From contig OY759724.1 in the NCBI GenBank assembly GCA_963662715.1, forward strand, positions 3,044,982 through 3,108,981: a stretch of 64,000 nucleotides of DNA, read 5' to 3'. Shown in pieces: positions 1 to 9,086 of this stretch (its first letter is position 1; every line of letters begins with the position of its first letter). The translations under genes and the position numbers were made by a program. This DNA is from Candidatus Omnitrophota bacterium. Its GTDB lineage: Bacteria > Omnitrophota > Gorgyraeia > Zapsychrales > JANLHA01. The notes beneath the pieces were generated by a model, which was not told where the DNA came from, made no database searches, and saw only the letters and a list, made by a program, of their open reading frames with translations.

Positions 1-1
1 T

Positions 2-163
2 ATAGAACTTAATGTTGAGAAGACAAAAAAGTTTATGGATCTTTGTGCCAAACATTTAGGTTCGGAAGATGAGGGGAAAAAATGTTTGGAAAGGATGAAA
101 AAAATTTTTAACAAAGAAAAGCTTATTATAGAAAAAACATTAGAAGAGCTTGATAAATTATAG
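2..163 (+). CDS. 3' end of a gene that begins upstream of the window (C-terminal fragment, no recognisable domain)
   Basis: Open frame with no stop from position 2 to TAG at 161-163 (..FMDLCAKHLGSEDEGKKCLERMKKIFNKEKLIIEKTLEELDKL*); not in the ORF track because it is under 60 aa within the window. Confidence 0.3.
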   Translation: MELNVEKTKKFMDLCAKHLGSEDEGKKCLERMKKIFNKEKLIIEKTLEELDKL

Positions 164-213
164 TATCGGGCATCAAATGAAAAAGGCGTTTAACATAAGG
201 CAGGAAAAGGAAA

Positions 214-927
214 ATGAGAGAAGCGGGAAAAATTGCATCTAAAATTTTATCTGAACTGAGTGGCGTAATAAAGGAAGGAATTACGGGTATCTACCTTAAT
301 AATTTTGCTGAAAATTTTATTAAGCAGTATTATCCGGATTTTAATCTATCATCAAAAGGGTACCAAGGATTCCCTGCATCTTTATGTGTTTCTGTCAATG
401 AAGAAATAATTCATGGTATTCCTTCAAAAAGGATTATTAAAAACGGAGATTTGGTAAAGGTGGATATTGTGGTAGATCATCAAGGCTGGTTTGCAGACAC
501 AGCTATGACATATATGGTGGGAAATGTAAGCCCGCAATCGAAAAAGCTGGTAAAGACCACCCAAAACGCTTTATTTGAAGCCGTAAATGCGGCAAAGGTC
601 GGCAATACTATAGGAGATTTAGGATATCTTATTCATGACTGTGCTGCAAGGGAAGGTTTTTCGATCATAAAAGAGTTTGGAGGGCATGGTATAGGCAGAG
701 AAATGCATATGGAGCCGTCTATTCCAAATTTTGGGAGAAGGGGAGAAGGTTTAAAATTAGAAGAAGGAATGACTCTTGCGATAGAGGCCATGGTTTTTGC
801 GGGAAAATCAGATATTAAAATTGCTGATGACGGCTGGACTGTTAAGTCAAAAGATAATTCTATGACAGCGCATTTTGAGCATACTGTTTTAATTACAAAA
901 AATAATCCGGTGATTATTACAAAGTGA
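214..927 (+). CDS. map: Methionine aminopeptidase, type I
   Basis: 237 aa; metal-ligand/pita-bread fold stretches (..DIVVDHQGWFADTAMTY.., ..FGGHGIGREMHMEP.., ..EEGMTLAIEAM..) typical of Map. ATG at 214 follows an in-frame stop. Confidence 0.9.
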   Translation: MREAGKIASKILSELSGVIKEGITGIYLNNFAENFIKQYYPDFNLSSKGYQGFPASLCVSVNEEIIHGIPSKRIIKNGDLVKVDIVVDHQGWFADTAMTYMVGNVSPQSKKLVKTTQNALFEAVNAAKVGNTIGDLGYLIHDCAAREGFSIIKEFGGHGIGREMHMEPSIPNFGRRGEGLKLEEGMTLAIEAMVFAGKSDIKIADDGWTVKSKDNSMTAHFEHTVLITKNNPVIITK

Positions 928-966
928 TGAATTTGGCAGAAATATTAAAAAAGATGGATTTCAAAT

Positions 967-1512
967 ATGAATAGAGATGAAGGCCTAAATTTAATTAAAT
1001 CAAAATTAAAAAATAAAAATCTTATAAAACATAGTTTGGCCGTTGAAGCCTGCATGATGAGATTGGCTAAAAAATTCGGGCAAAATGAAGAAATGTGGGG
1101 GATAGCTGGGTTGCTTCATGATTTAGATTATGAAGAAACTAAGGACGATTTTGCAAAGCATGGGTACGTTACCGCTGAGATTTTAGAAAAGGAAGGGATG
1201 GATAATCGAATAATAGAGGCCATTAAAGCTCATCCGGGTCACATTGAAAGAAATACTTTAATAGCAAAAGCCTTGTATAGTGTTGATCCTTTAACTGGGT
1301 TGATTGTTGCTGCCGGGTTAATGCATCCGGATAAAAAATTGGAATCTTTAAACACTGAATTTATTTTTAACAGGTTTAAAGAAAAAAGTTTTTCGCGGGG
1401 AGCAAATCGGGAGCAAATAAAATCCTGTCAGGAATTTGGACTGTCGATTGAAGATTTTGTCGGGATATGTTTAAAAGCAATGCAAGAAATTAGCAGTGTT
1501 TTAGGCCTGTAG
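967..1512 (+). CDS. HD-domain phosphohydrolase
   Basis: 181 aa with H..HSL..../LLHDLD metal-binding motif of the HD superfamily. Confidence 0.7.
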   Translation: MNRDEGLNLIKSKLKNKNLIKHSLAVEACMMRLAKKFGQNEEMWGIAGLLHDLDYEETKDDFAKHGYVTAEILEKEGMDNRIIEAIKAHPGHIERNTLIAKALYSVDPLTGLIVAAGLMHPDKKLESLNTEFIFNRFKEKSFSRGANREQIKSCQEFGLSIEDFVGICLKAMQEISSVLGL

Positions 1513-1532
1513 CATAAGGAAGATTAAAAAAA

Positions 1533-2072
1533 ATGAGACACGTATTTAAATTCTGTCCTTTATGTAAATGTAAGTTATATCAAAAGACCGTTGAAGACAG
1601 GATAAGATTAGTCTGTCAAAAATGCGGGTGGATAGACTACCAAAATCCTCTGCCAGTGGCTGTTTGTGCGGCAATAAACTCTGAAAGGAAAATACTTATT
1701 GTCAGGAGAAATCAGCAGCCAGGGAAAAATAAATGGGCTTTACCCGGAGGCTTTATTGAAGCGAACGAAAAACCGGAAAAAGCTTGCTTAAGGGAGTTAA
1801 AGGAAGAAACAGGTCTGGAAGGAACATTATTGGGATTAGCCGGCGTTTATTTACGCAGAACCAAAATTTATGGATCGTTAATTGTTGTTGGTTATGCTGT
1901 CAAAGTTTTAAAAGAAAATATTTTTCTAAACCATGAGCTGAGGGACGCAAGATTTTTTAGCCGAAAGGATTTGCCGCAGATTCCATTTTCAGCTCATAGG
2001 AGGATAATAAAAAAGGTTTATGAAGAGGGATTTAGAAATGGAAAAATTCAGTCAAATCTCAAAAGAACTTAA
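1533..2072 (+). CDS. NUDIX hydrolase with N-terminal zinc ribbon
   Basis: CPLCKC..CQKCG zinc ribbon, then Nudix box GGFIEANEKPEKACLRELKEETGL. Confidence 0.8.
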   Translation: MRHVFKFCPLCKCKLYQKTVEDRIRLVCQKCGWIDYQNPLPVAVCAAINSERKILIVRRNQQPGKNKWALPGGFIEANEKPEKACLRELKEETGLEGTLLGLAGVYLRRTKIYGSLIVVGYAVKVLKENIFLNHELRDARFFSRKDLPQIPFSAHRRIIKKVYEEGFRNGKIQSNLKRT

Positions 2073-2664
2073 AACACATGCTCCTTTTACGATTTTTGGA
2101 GCAATTACTGGTATTATTCTTATAGCGTTTTTTCAAAATCTTCCGGAACATATTTCATTTAATATTTTTTATGTGCTCCATCCTTTACATGTCGTTTTAA
2201 GTGCTCTTGTAACAGCTTCAATGTATGAATTCCATAAATGCGGCGGGCATAGTAAAAAATGTAATATTTGGACTCTCCTTGTTATTGGTTATATCGGCTC
2301 TGTAGGGATCGCGACGATAAGTGATTCTATTATTCCTTACATCGGAGAAATTATCCTCGGCATGCCAAACAGAGGTATTCATTTGGGTTTCATTGAAAAA
2401 TGGTGGTTAGTAAACCCTTTGGCCATAGCCGGAATAGCCATTGCTTATTTTAGACCTTCAACAAAGTTTCCGCATGCGGGGCATGTTTTATTAAGTACCT
2501 GGGCATCATTGTTTCATATGATTATGGCCATAGGACAGCCTTTAAATTGGGTAATGTATGTCGGTATTCTATTTTTTCTTTTTTTGGCTGTTTGGATTCC
2601 TTGTTGTGTGAGTGATATTGTATTTCCTCTTCTATTTATAAAAGAAAAACCAAAGGGGAGATAA
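2038..2664 (+). CDS. Polytopic integral membrane protein, function unknown
   Basis: Track ORF 2020..2664. The start is more likely the ATG at 2038, which has GAGGGA 7 nt upstream; about 6 predicted hydrophobic helices. Overlaps the end of the NUDIX gene. Confidence 0.5.
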   Translation: MEKFSQISKELKTHAPFTIFGAITGIILIAFFQNLPEHISFNIFYVLHPLHVVLSALVTASMYEFHKCGGHSKKCNIWTLLVIGYIGSVGIATISDSIIPYIGEIILGMPNRGIHLGFIEKWWLVNPLAIAGIAIAYFRPSTKFPHAGHVLLSTWASLFHMIMAIGQPLNWVMYVGILFFLFLAVWIPCCVSDIVFPLLFIKEKPKGR

Positions 2665-2666
2665 AA

Positions 2667-2975
2667 ATGCCAATTATGGAGATTAGCATTGTTCCAGTGG
2701 GAACTTCGACAGCTTCTGTTAGCCAATATGTGGCAAATACAGTAAAAGTATTAAAGAAACAAAAAGGCATCCGATATGAGTTGACATCGATGGGGACGAT
2801 AGTTGAATCAGATTCATTAGAGGTATTGTTGAATATCGCGAAAAAAATGCATGATAGCATTTTTAAGTCGAATATTAAAAGAGTGGTAACGACTATTAAG
2901 ATTGATGATAGAAAAGATAAAAAATTAACAATGAGCGGCAAAATAAATTCTGTGCAGAAAAAGGTTAAAGAATAA
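2667..2975 (+). CDS. MTH1187/YkoF-family small ligand (thiamine/HMP)-binding protein
   Basis: 102 aa; N-terminal EISIVPVGTSTASVSQYVA typical of the MTH1187/YkoF (DUF77) fold. Confidence 0.65.
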   Translation: MPIMEISIVPVGTSTASVSQYVANTVKVLKKQKGIRYELTSMGTIVESDSLEVLLNIAKKMHDSIFKSNIKRVVTTIKIDDRKDKKLTMSGKINSVQKKVKE

Positions 2976-2981
2976 AAATTC

Positions 2982-4556
2982 ATGGTCAATTTTACTGGAA
3001 AAAGATGCCGATTAAGAATTGTTGTTCCTGCATACCCTTCTTTGAATATCTATTCTCATATAGCGGATAAGACTACAGCTTTAGGCCCGGTATGTGTTGC
3101 CACTATGGTAAATAAATTGCCCCAATGGGATGTTGAAGTTATTGATGAAAATAATTTCCGCGGATACGGCCCCCGAAATCAACTCGGAGAAGTCGATCAC
3201 GAATCTTTACAAAAGACCAGGCCGGCGGACATTGTTGGTCTGTATGGCGGCTTGACCAGCACGATTCCCCGTCTGTATAACATAGCCCGCTTTTATAAAG
3301 ACAAGGGAGTTGTGACGATTGCAGGCGGGCAGCATTTTGTCGATGAGAATATTTTTGAAGCACTGTCAAACGGCATTGACTTTGTGGTTATCGGGGAGGG
3401 GGAAGAAACAATAAAAGAGCTTTTAATCGCTATACAAAATAAGAATGAAATTAATAACATTAAAGGCATCGCTTATCGGAACGGTAAAGATATTGTCAAA
3501 ACGACTCAGCGAAAACCATTGACTGATTTTGATAAATTACCTTTTCCGGATTTTTCTTTAGTGCGATATGCCAAAATCAAAATTTATCCTGTTGAACGGA
3601 TTCGCGGTTGCGGTATGAATTGCGAATTTTGCACTGTAAAAGGAAAACCTCGCTTTGCTTCTCCTGAACGGCTACTCGAACATATTAGTCATCTTGTTGA
3701 AACAAGTGATGCAAGGCATTTTTTTATCGTTGATGATCTTTTTGGCCAGCAAAGAAATGAAACAATAAGGTTTTGCAATATATTAAAGGATTATCAGGAA
3801 AAGATACATCGAAGGCTGGATATAAATGTTCAAATAAGATTAGATAAAGCCAAAGACCATGAATTGCTTTCGGCCATGCGCCAGGCAGGTATTAATATGG
3901 TGTCCATTGGGTTTGAATCGCCCATTAAAGAAGAATTAGAAGCAATGAATAAACATGTGACGCCGGAAGATATGATTCAATTTTCAAAGACATTTCATAA
4001 GTTTGGATTTTTAGTCCACGGCATGTTTATTTTTGGTTATCCATCGCGGGAAGGCGGAAACATTAATATATCGGCTGATGAAAGGGTGAAAATTTTTCGA
4101 AGGTTTATCAAAGAGGCAAAGATTGACACGATACAAATTTTACTTCCGGTACCTTTACCGGGGACGCAATTAAGAGAAAGGCTTAAAAAACAAGAAAGGA
4201 TTTATCCCCTTCAGGATGTCGGATGGGAATATTATGATGGTAATTTTCCATTATTTGAACCTGATAATCCAATGAGCGCTGAACAGATGCAGTCTTGTGT
4301 CAGAAAGATTATGGGAAAATTCTATCAATTTAAATATTTTTTTAAAATAGGTTTAAATATTTTTTCCTTCCCCGGCTTGATTTTCTTTCTGCACAATATT
4401 AAGAAGGGCTGGAGGAAATGGTATCGTCCTTGGCGTAACGACCTAATACGTTTTGGCGGGTGGATCATTGTGAAAGGATGGAATGCAAAATTTAAAAAAG
4501 ATCCTTTTTTAAGAAAATTACACAGCGCCAAATTGCATTTATTAAAAAGGCCTTAA
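2982..4556 (+). CDS. B12-binding-domain radical SAM enzyme (class B rSAM) with DUF4070-like C-terminal extension
   Basis: 524 aa; CxxxCxxC cluster motif GCGMNCEFC; N-terminal Rossmann-like region; long basic/aromatic C-terminal tail. Confidence 0.75.
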   Translation: MVNFTGKRCRLRIVVPAYPSLNIYSHIADKTTALGPVCVATMVNKLPQWDVEVIDENNFRGYGPRNQLGEVDHESLQKTRPADIVGLYGGLTSTIPRLYNIARFYKDKGVVTIAGGQHFVDENIFEALSNGIDFVVIGEGEETIKELLIAIQNKNEINNIKGIAYRNGKDIVKTTQRKPLTDFDKLPFPDFSLVRYAKIKIYPVERIRGCGMNCEFCTVKGKPRFASPERLLEHISHLVETSDARHFFIVDDLFGQQRNETIRFCNILKDYQEKIHRRLDINVQIRLDKAKDHELLSAMRQAGINMVSIGFESPIKEELEAMNKHVTPEDMIQFSKTFHKFGFLVHGMFIFGYPSREGGNINISADERVKIFRRFIKEAKIDTIQILLPVPLPGTQLRERLKKQERIYPLQDVGWEYYDGNFPLFEPDNPMSAEQMQSCVRKIMGKFYQFKYFFKIGLNIFSFPGLIFFLHNIKKGWRKWYRPWRNDLIRFGGWIIVKGWNAKFKKDPFLRKLHSAKLHLLKRP

Positions 4557-4604
4557 AAAGTAAACAAATGAATATTTTTCGAACAATCGAAAGGGGGCAT
4601 TTGA

Positions 4605-4922
4605 ATGGAAGTTATTTTGACTGATGAAAACTTCGAACAAGAAATAATTAAATCGGATTTGCCATGTTTGGTTGATTTTGGCGCCGATTGGTGTGCGCCT
4701 TGCCGCATGGTCGCACCAATAATGAAATCAATTGCAAAAGAGTATCAAGGAAAACTGAAGGTTGGCACAGTCAATGTGGATCAAGCACCTAAGACTGCTT
4801 CTAAATACGGTATTACAAGTATTCCCGCATTGTTTCTTTTTAAGAATGGCAAAATAGTCAACAAGGCCGTTGGTGCGGCTCCAAAAGAACAGGTGGTTTC
4901 TATGTTTAAAGAATACATATAA
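4605..4922 (+). CDS. trxA: Thioredoxin
   Basis: 105 aa, canonical WCAPC active site; GGAGG-like SD (aaggggg) upstream. Confidence 0.85.
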   Translation: MEVILTDENFEQEIIKSDLPCLVDFGADWCAPCRMVAPIMKSIAKEYQGKLKVGTVNVDQAPKTASKYGITSIPALFLFKNGKIVNKAVGAAPKEQVVSMFKEYI

Positions 4923-4950
4923 ATCAGGATTTAAAGAGGAGGTGTAATTT

Positions 4951-5154
4951 ATGCTTTTTTCATATGAATGCCAAAAGTGCGGACATACATTCGACCTTTT
5001 AATCGGTATGACCATGGAAAAACCGAAGATGGAATGTCCCAAGTGTCAGAGCAAAAATATCGTCAAGCTCATTTCGAAACCCAGCATAAAGATAAATAAA
5101 TCCGATTCGGGAGGCAGTTGTTCGACAGGGACTTGTCCGACCTGTATCCCTTAG
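4951..5154 (+). CDS. FmdB-family zinc-ribbon protein with extra Cys-rich tail
   Basis: 67 aa; CQKCG..x..CPKCQ paired CxxC typical of the FmdB family; C-terminal CSTGTCPTC. Confidence 0.6.
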   Translation: MLFSYECQKCGHTFDLLIGMTMEKPKMECPKCQSKNIVKLISKPSIKINKSDSGGSCSTGTCPTCIP

Positions 5155-5177
5155 TTTTATGAAGTGAGGAATATCTA

Positions 5178-5720
5178 GTGATTAACAGTATTGAATTATG
5201 CCTGAAACATAACGGAAGGGTGGACGGAAAAAAGAAGCTTTTATTTAAGCCGGGGCTTAATATTGTTATTGGCCCTAATGGCTCCGGGAAAAGTTCATTG
5301 TTAGAAGCTATCTATAACTGTCCGGATTGTATAAAACATAATAACGATAAAATGAGATATCATTATTTTAATAGTGAAACGATGAATCCGCATAGATCTG
5401 AAAAGCATTTTAAAGGAATCAGCGGATCGATTATTCGTGTGCGTGCCATGTTTTCATCTCACGGAGAAACAATGAGGGATGTTTTAAGATATATTAATTT
5501 TCACCCCGGCGATTGCCTGCTTCTTGATGAACCCGAATCAGGGCATGATTTAAAATGGATTTTAAAAATTCGCAAAGGGTTGGATGCAATTTGCAAGAAG
5601 GGAACACAGGTTATTATTGCAACACATCACCCGGTGTTTTGGAATGCGGACAATATTATTGAATTAAAAAAAAATTATCTTAAGAAAACATTAAACACAT
5701 TAAAGAAGAATCTTCCTTGA
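5178..5720 (+). CDS. Minimal ABC-type (AAA_21-like) ATPase
   Basis: 180 aa; Walker A GPNGSGKSS, Walker B LLLDEPESG, H-loop IIATHH; no transmembrane or substrate-binding partner domain. Confidence 0.6.
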   Translation: MINSIELCLKHNGRVDGKKKLLFKPGLNIVIGPNGSGKSSLLEAIYNCPDCIKHNNDKMRYHYFNSETMNPHRSEKHFKGISGSIIRVRAMFSSHGETMRDVLRYINFHPGDCLLLDEPESGHDLKWILKIRKGLDAICKKGTQVIIATHHPVFWNADNIIELKKNYLKKTLNTLKKNLP

Positions 5721-5738
5721 TTAAAAGAGTCAAATTTT

Positions 5739-6119
5739 ATGAAAAATAATGGGAACATAAATATTTCTCAAAATAAGGAAAAACAGAAGCATAATCATCG
5801 GCATTCAATAAAGGAAAGGCTTTTTTTGTTTTTTAAATGGTGGCTTGTTTTTACCGGCATTTATTCCGTCTCTTCTGTATGCCCTTTTTGCGGGAAGGTA
5901 GGCTGCCCCGTTGGTCTCGGAAGCGCTGGGGCCCTTGGAGCCTTTTTTGCTTTATTTATGCAAAATTGGAAACACCTGTTGCAAAAAATTCATTTTTTAA
6001 AAAAGGAAAAAACAGAGGTAACGAAAAAATTCGAAAAAGAAAAATTTTTCGCTAAGGGAGGAGGGGGATATGGAAAAGAAGGATTTGATAATAATCGGCG
6101 CGGGTCCGGCAGGTCTTAG
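5739..6119 (+). CDS. Hypothetical small membrane protein with CPxCG..GCP motif and Gly-zipper; Gly-rich tail
   Basis: 126-aa ORF; one hydrophobic helix, CPFCGKVGCPVGLGSAGALGAFFALF. The 3' 50 nt overlap the next gene in another frame, so the true end is uncertain. Confidence 0.35.
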   Translation: MKNNGNINISQNKEKQKHNHRHSIKERLFLFFKWWLVFTGIYSVSSVCPFCGKVGCPVGLGSAGALGAFFALFMQNWKHLLQKIHFLKKEKTEVTKKFEKEKFFAKGGGGYGKEGFDNNRRGSGRS

Positions 6120-6996
6120 TGCGGCAATTTGTGCGACGGATTTGGGCATTAAACCGCTAGTATTAGAAGAAAATATGCCCGGTGGTTTAGCCTCTGAGAT
6201 TCCTGTGTTGGAAAACTATCCGGGTTTTAGTGAAGGAATCAGCGGTAAAGATTTAATAGATAAATTGATTGAACAATGCAACAAAGCCTCGATAGAAATA
6301 CATCAATTTGAAAAAGTTTTTAATCTGAAATTTGAAGCAGACGTAAAAATTATTGAAACAGATAAAGCTCAATATAGAACCAATATTGTACTTATTGCTT
6401 CCGGAAGGCATCTCAGCATGCTTGGTGTTCCCGGTGAAAAAGAATTCAAGGGGAGAGGAGTAAGTTATTGCGCAGTATGCGACCGTGCTTTTTTTAAGGA
6501 TAGGAAAGTGTCCGTTATCGGAAAAGATGTTCATGCTGTTGAAGTTGCTTTATATTTAGCTGAATTGGCATCATTAGTGAATTTTATAAATTTAGGTAAT
6601 TGGCATAAGCCAAATGATATTTTCCTGAAAAAATTAGAAGGCCGAAATATAAATGTTCTTTCCGGGGTTGAAGTGAAGGAAATCAATGGAGACATTAAAG
6701 TAAAAACTGTGGTTTTATCGGATAAGGAAACAGGAGATATTCGCGAGATAGAAACAGACGGAGTGTTTTTACAGTTAGAAGAGGAGCCTAATAGTCAATT
6801 AGCAAAAAATGCCGGTATAAAGGTAAACGAAAAAGGGTATATCCTTGTTGATGAGAAAGGAAAAACTAATTTGGATGGTGTTTATGCCGCTGGTGACGTG
6901 ACGGATGGTTCGGTAAAAAAAGTAATAACATCTGCGGCCCAGGCATTTGTAGCTGTCAATGATATATTCGAGAAAAATCAAGGAAGGTTTCATTAA
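6070..6996 (+). CDS. Thioredoxin-reductase-like FAD/NAD(P)-dependent disulfide oxidoreductase
   Basis: 308 aa; GAGPAGLSAA FAD motif, redox CxxC (SYCAVCD), second Rossmann (VIGKDVHAVE), C-terminal GDV motif. Confidence 0.8.
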   Translation: MEKKDLIIIGAGPAGLSAAICATDLGIKPLVLEENMPGGLASEIPVLENYPGFSEGISGKDLIDKLIEQCNKASIEIHQFEKVFNLKFEADVKIIETDKAQYRTNIVLIASGRHLSMLGVPGEKEFKGRGVSYCAVCDRAFFKDRKVSVIGKDVHAVEVALYLAELASLVNFINLGNWHKPNDIFLKKLEGRNINVLSGVEVKEINGDIKVKTVVLSDKETGDIREIETDGVFLQLEEEPNSQLAKNAGIKVNEKGYILVDEKGKTNLDGVYAAGDVTDGSVKKVITSAAQAFVAVNDIFEKNQGRFH

Positions 6997-6998
6997 AT

Positions 6999-8771
6999 AT
7001 GCAGGAAAAGCGCATAGGTGTTTTTATTTGTCATTGCGGTAAGAATATTGCCGGAGGTGTGGATATAAAGGCTCTTGTCGAAAGCTCAAGAAGTCTTAAG
7101 GGAGTCGTCTTTGTTACAGAAAATAAATTTTCCTGTTCTGAAGAAGGTCAGGTTGCTGTTCAGGGTGCCATAAAGCACGAGCGTTTAGACAGAATTATTG
7201 TTGCTGCTTGTGATCCTGGGTTGCATCTACTGACTTTTCAAAGGTGCGGGCAGAAAGCGGGAATAGATTCTGCCTTCGTAGATTTAATTGATATTAGAAA
7301 ATGGACAATGCACAGTAGCCCTCATAAGGTTGATCCTCATCAAGCCTTAGAGAATTGCAAAAGACATATCGAACAAGCTGTAAAAAGGATGCGGTTAAAA
7401 CGCAAAATCCCCAGGGTTACTGTAAAAGTAAACTCTTCGGTTTTAGTTATCGGAGGAGGTGTCGCAGGATTAGAGGCCTCTTTAGATTTGGCGGATAAAG
7501 GATACAAAGTACATCTTGTTGAAAGGCTTGCGACCATCGGAGGCAAAATGGCCCTCCTTTATAAGGTCTTTCCTACAAATGATTGTGCGCCTTGTATATT
7601 AGCTCCCAAAACGGCGTACGCGAATGTGCATCCGAATATAAATTTGTTGACAAATGCGGAAGTTCAAAGCGTGGAAGGGTATATAGGAAATTACACCGTT
7701 ATCGTTAATCAAAAACCGCGTTACATTGACGAAAATAAATGTACTGGCTGTGGGTTATGTATAGAGAAGTGTCCCACAAAAATGGTTGATAACGAATTTT
7801 CCGCCGGAATTGGGGAACGCAAAGCCATCTATATTCCTTATGATCAGGCAATACCCAAAAAGGCAGTTATTGACAGTGCAAGTTGTCTGTATTTTAAAAA
7901 AGGGGCTTGCCGGTTATGCGAAAAAACCTGTCCGGCTCAGGCCGTAGATTTTGAACAACAGCCTAAGTCAATCAAGTTAAAAGTAGGCGCGATAATTGTT
8001 GCTACGGGTTTTGATGAATATAATCCTGTGTCGAAAACGGAGTATGGTTATGGACGTTACAAAAATGTTATCACCCAGTTTCAGCTAGCAAGATTTTTAG
8101 ATATAGACGGCCCTACGAAAGGAAAACTTTTAAGACCTTCAGACGGCAAAGAACCTAAAAATATTGTTATGATTCAATGTGTGGGCTCAAGGGATGAAAA
8201 TGCGAATAAATATTGTTCTGCTGTTTGTTGCATGTATGCCTTAAAGCACGCCCAGATAATAAAAGAGATGGTTTTGCCCAATACCGAAATTTATATTTGT
8301 TATATTGACATACGCACCGCAGGAAAAGATTTTGAGGAATATTATAAATATACAAGGGGATTGGGAATTAATTTTATTCGCGGAAGACCGGCTGAGATAG
8401 CAGAAAATGCCAAGACACGAAATCTTATTTTAAAAGTTGAAGATCCTGATATCAATGCCTTGATTAAAGTCGAAGCGGATTTAGTTGTGTTGTCCTGCGC
8501 GACTGTGCCTTCCAAAGGGACACAAAATCTTGCCGGGATACTAGGGATACATTTGGATGAAAATGGATTTTTTAAAGAAGTCCATCCTAAACTGCGTCCG
8601 GTAGAAACGAATGTCCGCGGCATTTATATTTGCGGTTCTGCACAGGGCCCCAAAGATATTCCGAATTCAATTGTCCAGGCAAAAGCGGTGGCTTCCTGCG
8701 CGGATGGCGAACTAAGAAAAGGAGAATTAGAACTTCCCGAAGCTATTGTAAAAGCAAATAAAGTCCCTTAA
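6999..8771 (+). CDS. HdrA-like flavin/FeS protein (heterodisulfide reductase subunit A family)
   Basis: 590 aa; MvhD-like Cys domain (GVFICHCGKNIAGG), FAD motif VIGGGVAGLEAS, two ferredoxin motifs (CTGCGLCIEKCP, CRLCEKTCP), and the HdrA-signature CxGxRDx6CSx2CC (CVGSRDENANKYCSAVCC). Confidence 0.85.
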   Translation: MQEKRIGVFICHCGKNIAGGVDIKALVESSRSLKGVVFVTENKFSCSEEGQVAVQGAIKHERLDRIIVAACDPGLHLLTFQRCGQKAGIDSAFVDLIDIRKWTMHSSPHKVDPHQALENCKRHIEQAVKRMRLKRKIPRVTVKVNSSVLVIGGGVAGLEASLDLADKGYKVHLVERLATIGGKMALLYKVFPTNDCAPCILAPKTAYANVHPNINLLTNAEVQSVEGYIGNYTVIVNQKPRYIDENKCTGCGLCIEKCPTKMVDNEFSAGIGERKAIYIPYDQAIPKKAVIDSASCLYFKKGACRLCEKTCPAQAVDFEQQPKSIKLKVGAIIVATGFDEYNPVSKTEYGYGRYKNVITQFQLARFLDIDGPTKGKLLRPSDGKEPKNIVMIQCVGSRDENANKYCSAVCCMYALKHAQIIKEMVLPNTEIYICYIDIRTAGKDFEEYYKYTRGLGINFIRGRPAEIAENAKTRNLILKVEDPDINALIKVEADLVVLSCATVPSKGTQNLAGILGIHLDENGFFKEVHPKLRPVETNVRGIYICGSAQGPKDIPNSIVQAKAVASCADGELRKGELELPEAIVKANKVP

Positions 8772-8805
8772 CTTTAATTATCGGTGATTTGAGAGGAGAT
8801 CCGAC

Positions 8806-9060
8806 ATGTTAAAACAAGAACAAGAAAAAATGGAAACAAAATGCAAGAAAATTATTGCGGAGCAGTTAGGAGTAAAATTCGAAGAATTAAAGCCAGATGC
8901 TTCTTTTGCTGATGATCTTGGTGCTGATTCTTTGGATTTGGTAGAACTTATTATGGCGTTAGAAGAAGAATTTAGTATTGAAATTCCTGATGAAGAAGCT
9001 GAAAAAATCAAAACAGTTGGCCAGGCAATAGAATATGTAAATAAAAGAATAGAGAAATAA
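8806..9060 (+). CDS. Acyl carrier protein (canonical AcpP-type, second copy in the window)
   Basis: 84 aa; DSLD phosphopantetheine-attachment motif ([18 protein letters not shown]); about 75% identical over the core to the fab-cluster AcpP at 40072; strong SD (GAGAGGAG) 7 nt upstream of the ATG at 8806. Confidence 0.85.
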   Translation: MLKQEQEKMETKCKKIIAEQLGVKFEELKPDASFADDLGADSLDLVELIMALEEEFSIEIPDEEAEKIKTVGQAIEYVNKRIEK

Positions 9061-9086
9061 ATATTTTAAAATCAGGAGGGACTGCC

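Noticed and set aside
5837-6055. 72-aa ORF 5837..6055 nested in another frame of the 5739..6119 ORF
   Set aside because: It has no SD, a low-complexity translation, and is fully overlapped. Even the enclosing 5739 ORF is only weakly supported.
8778-9011. Minus-strand ORFs 8778..9011 and 40044..40304
   Set aside because: They are mirror images of the two acpP genes (Ser/Ala/Ile-rich low-complexity translations). The acpP reading frames have SDs and canonical motifs.
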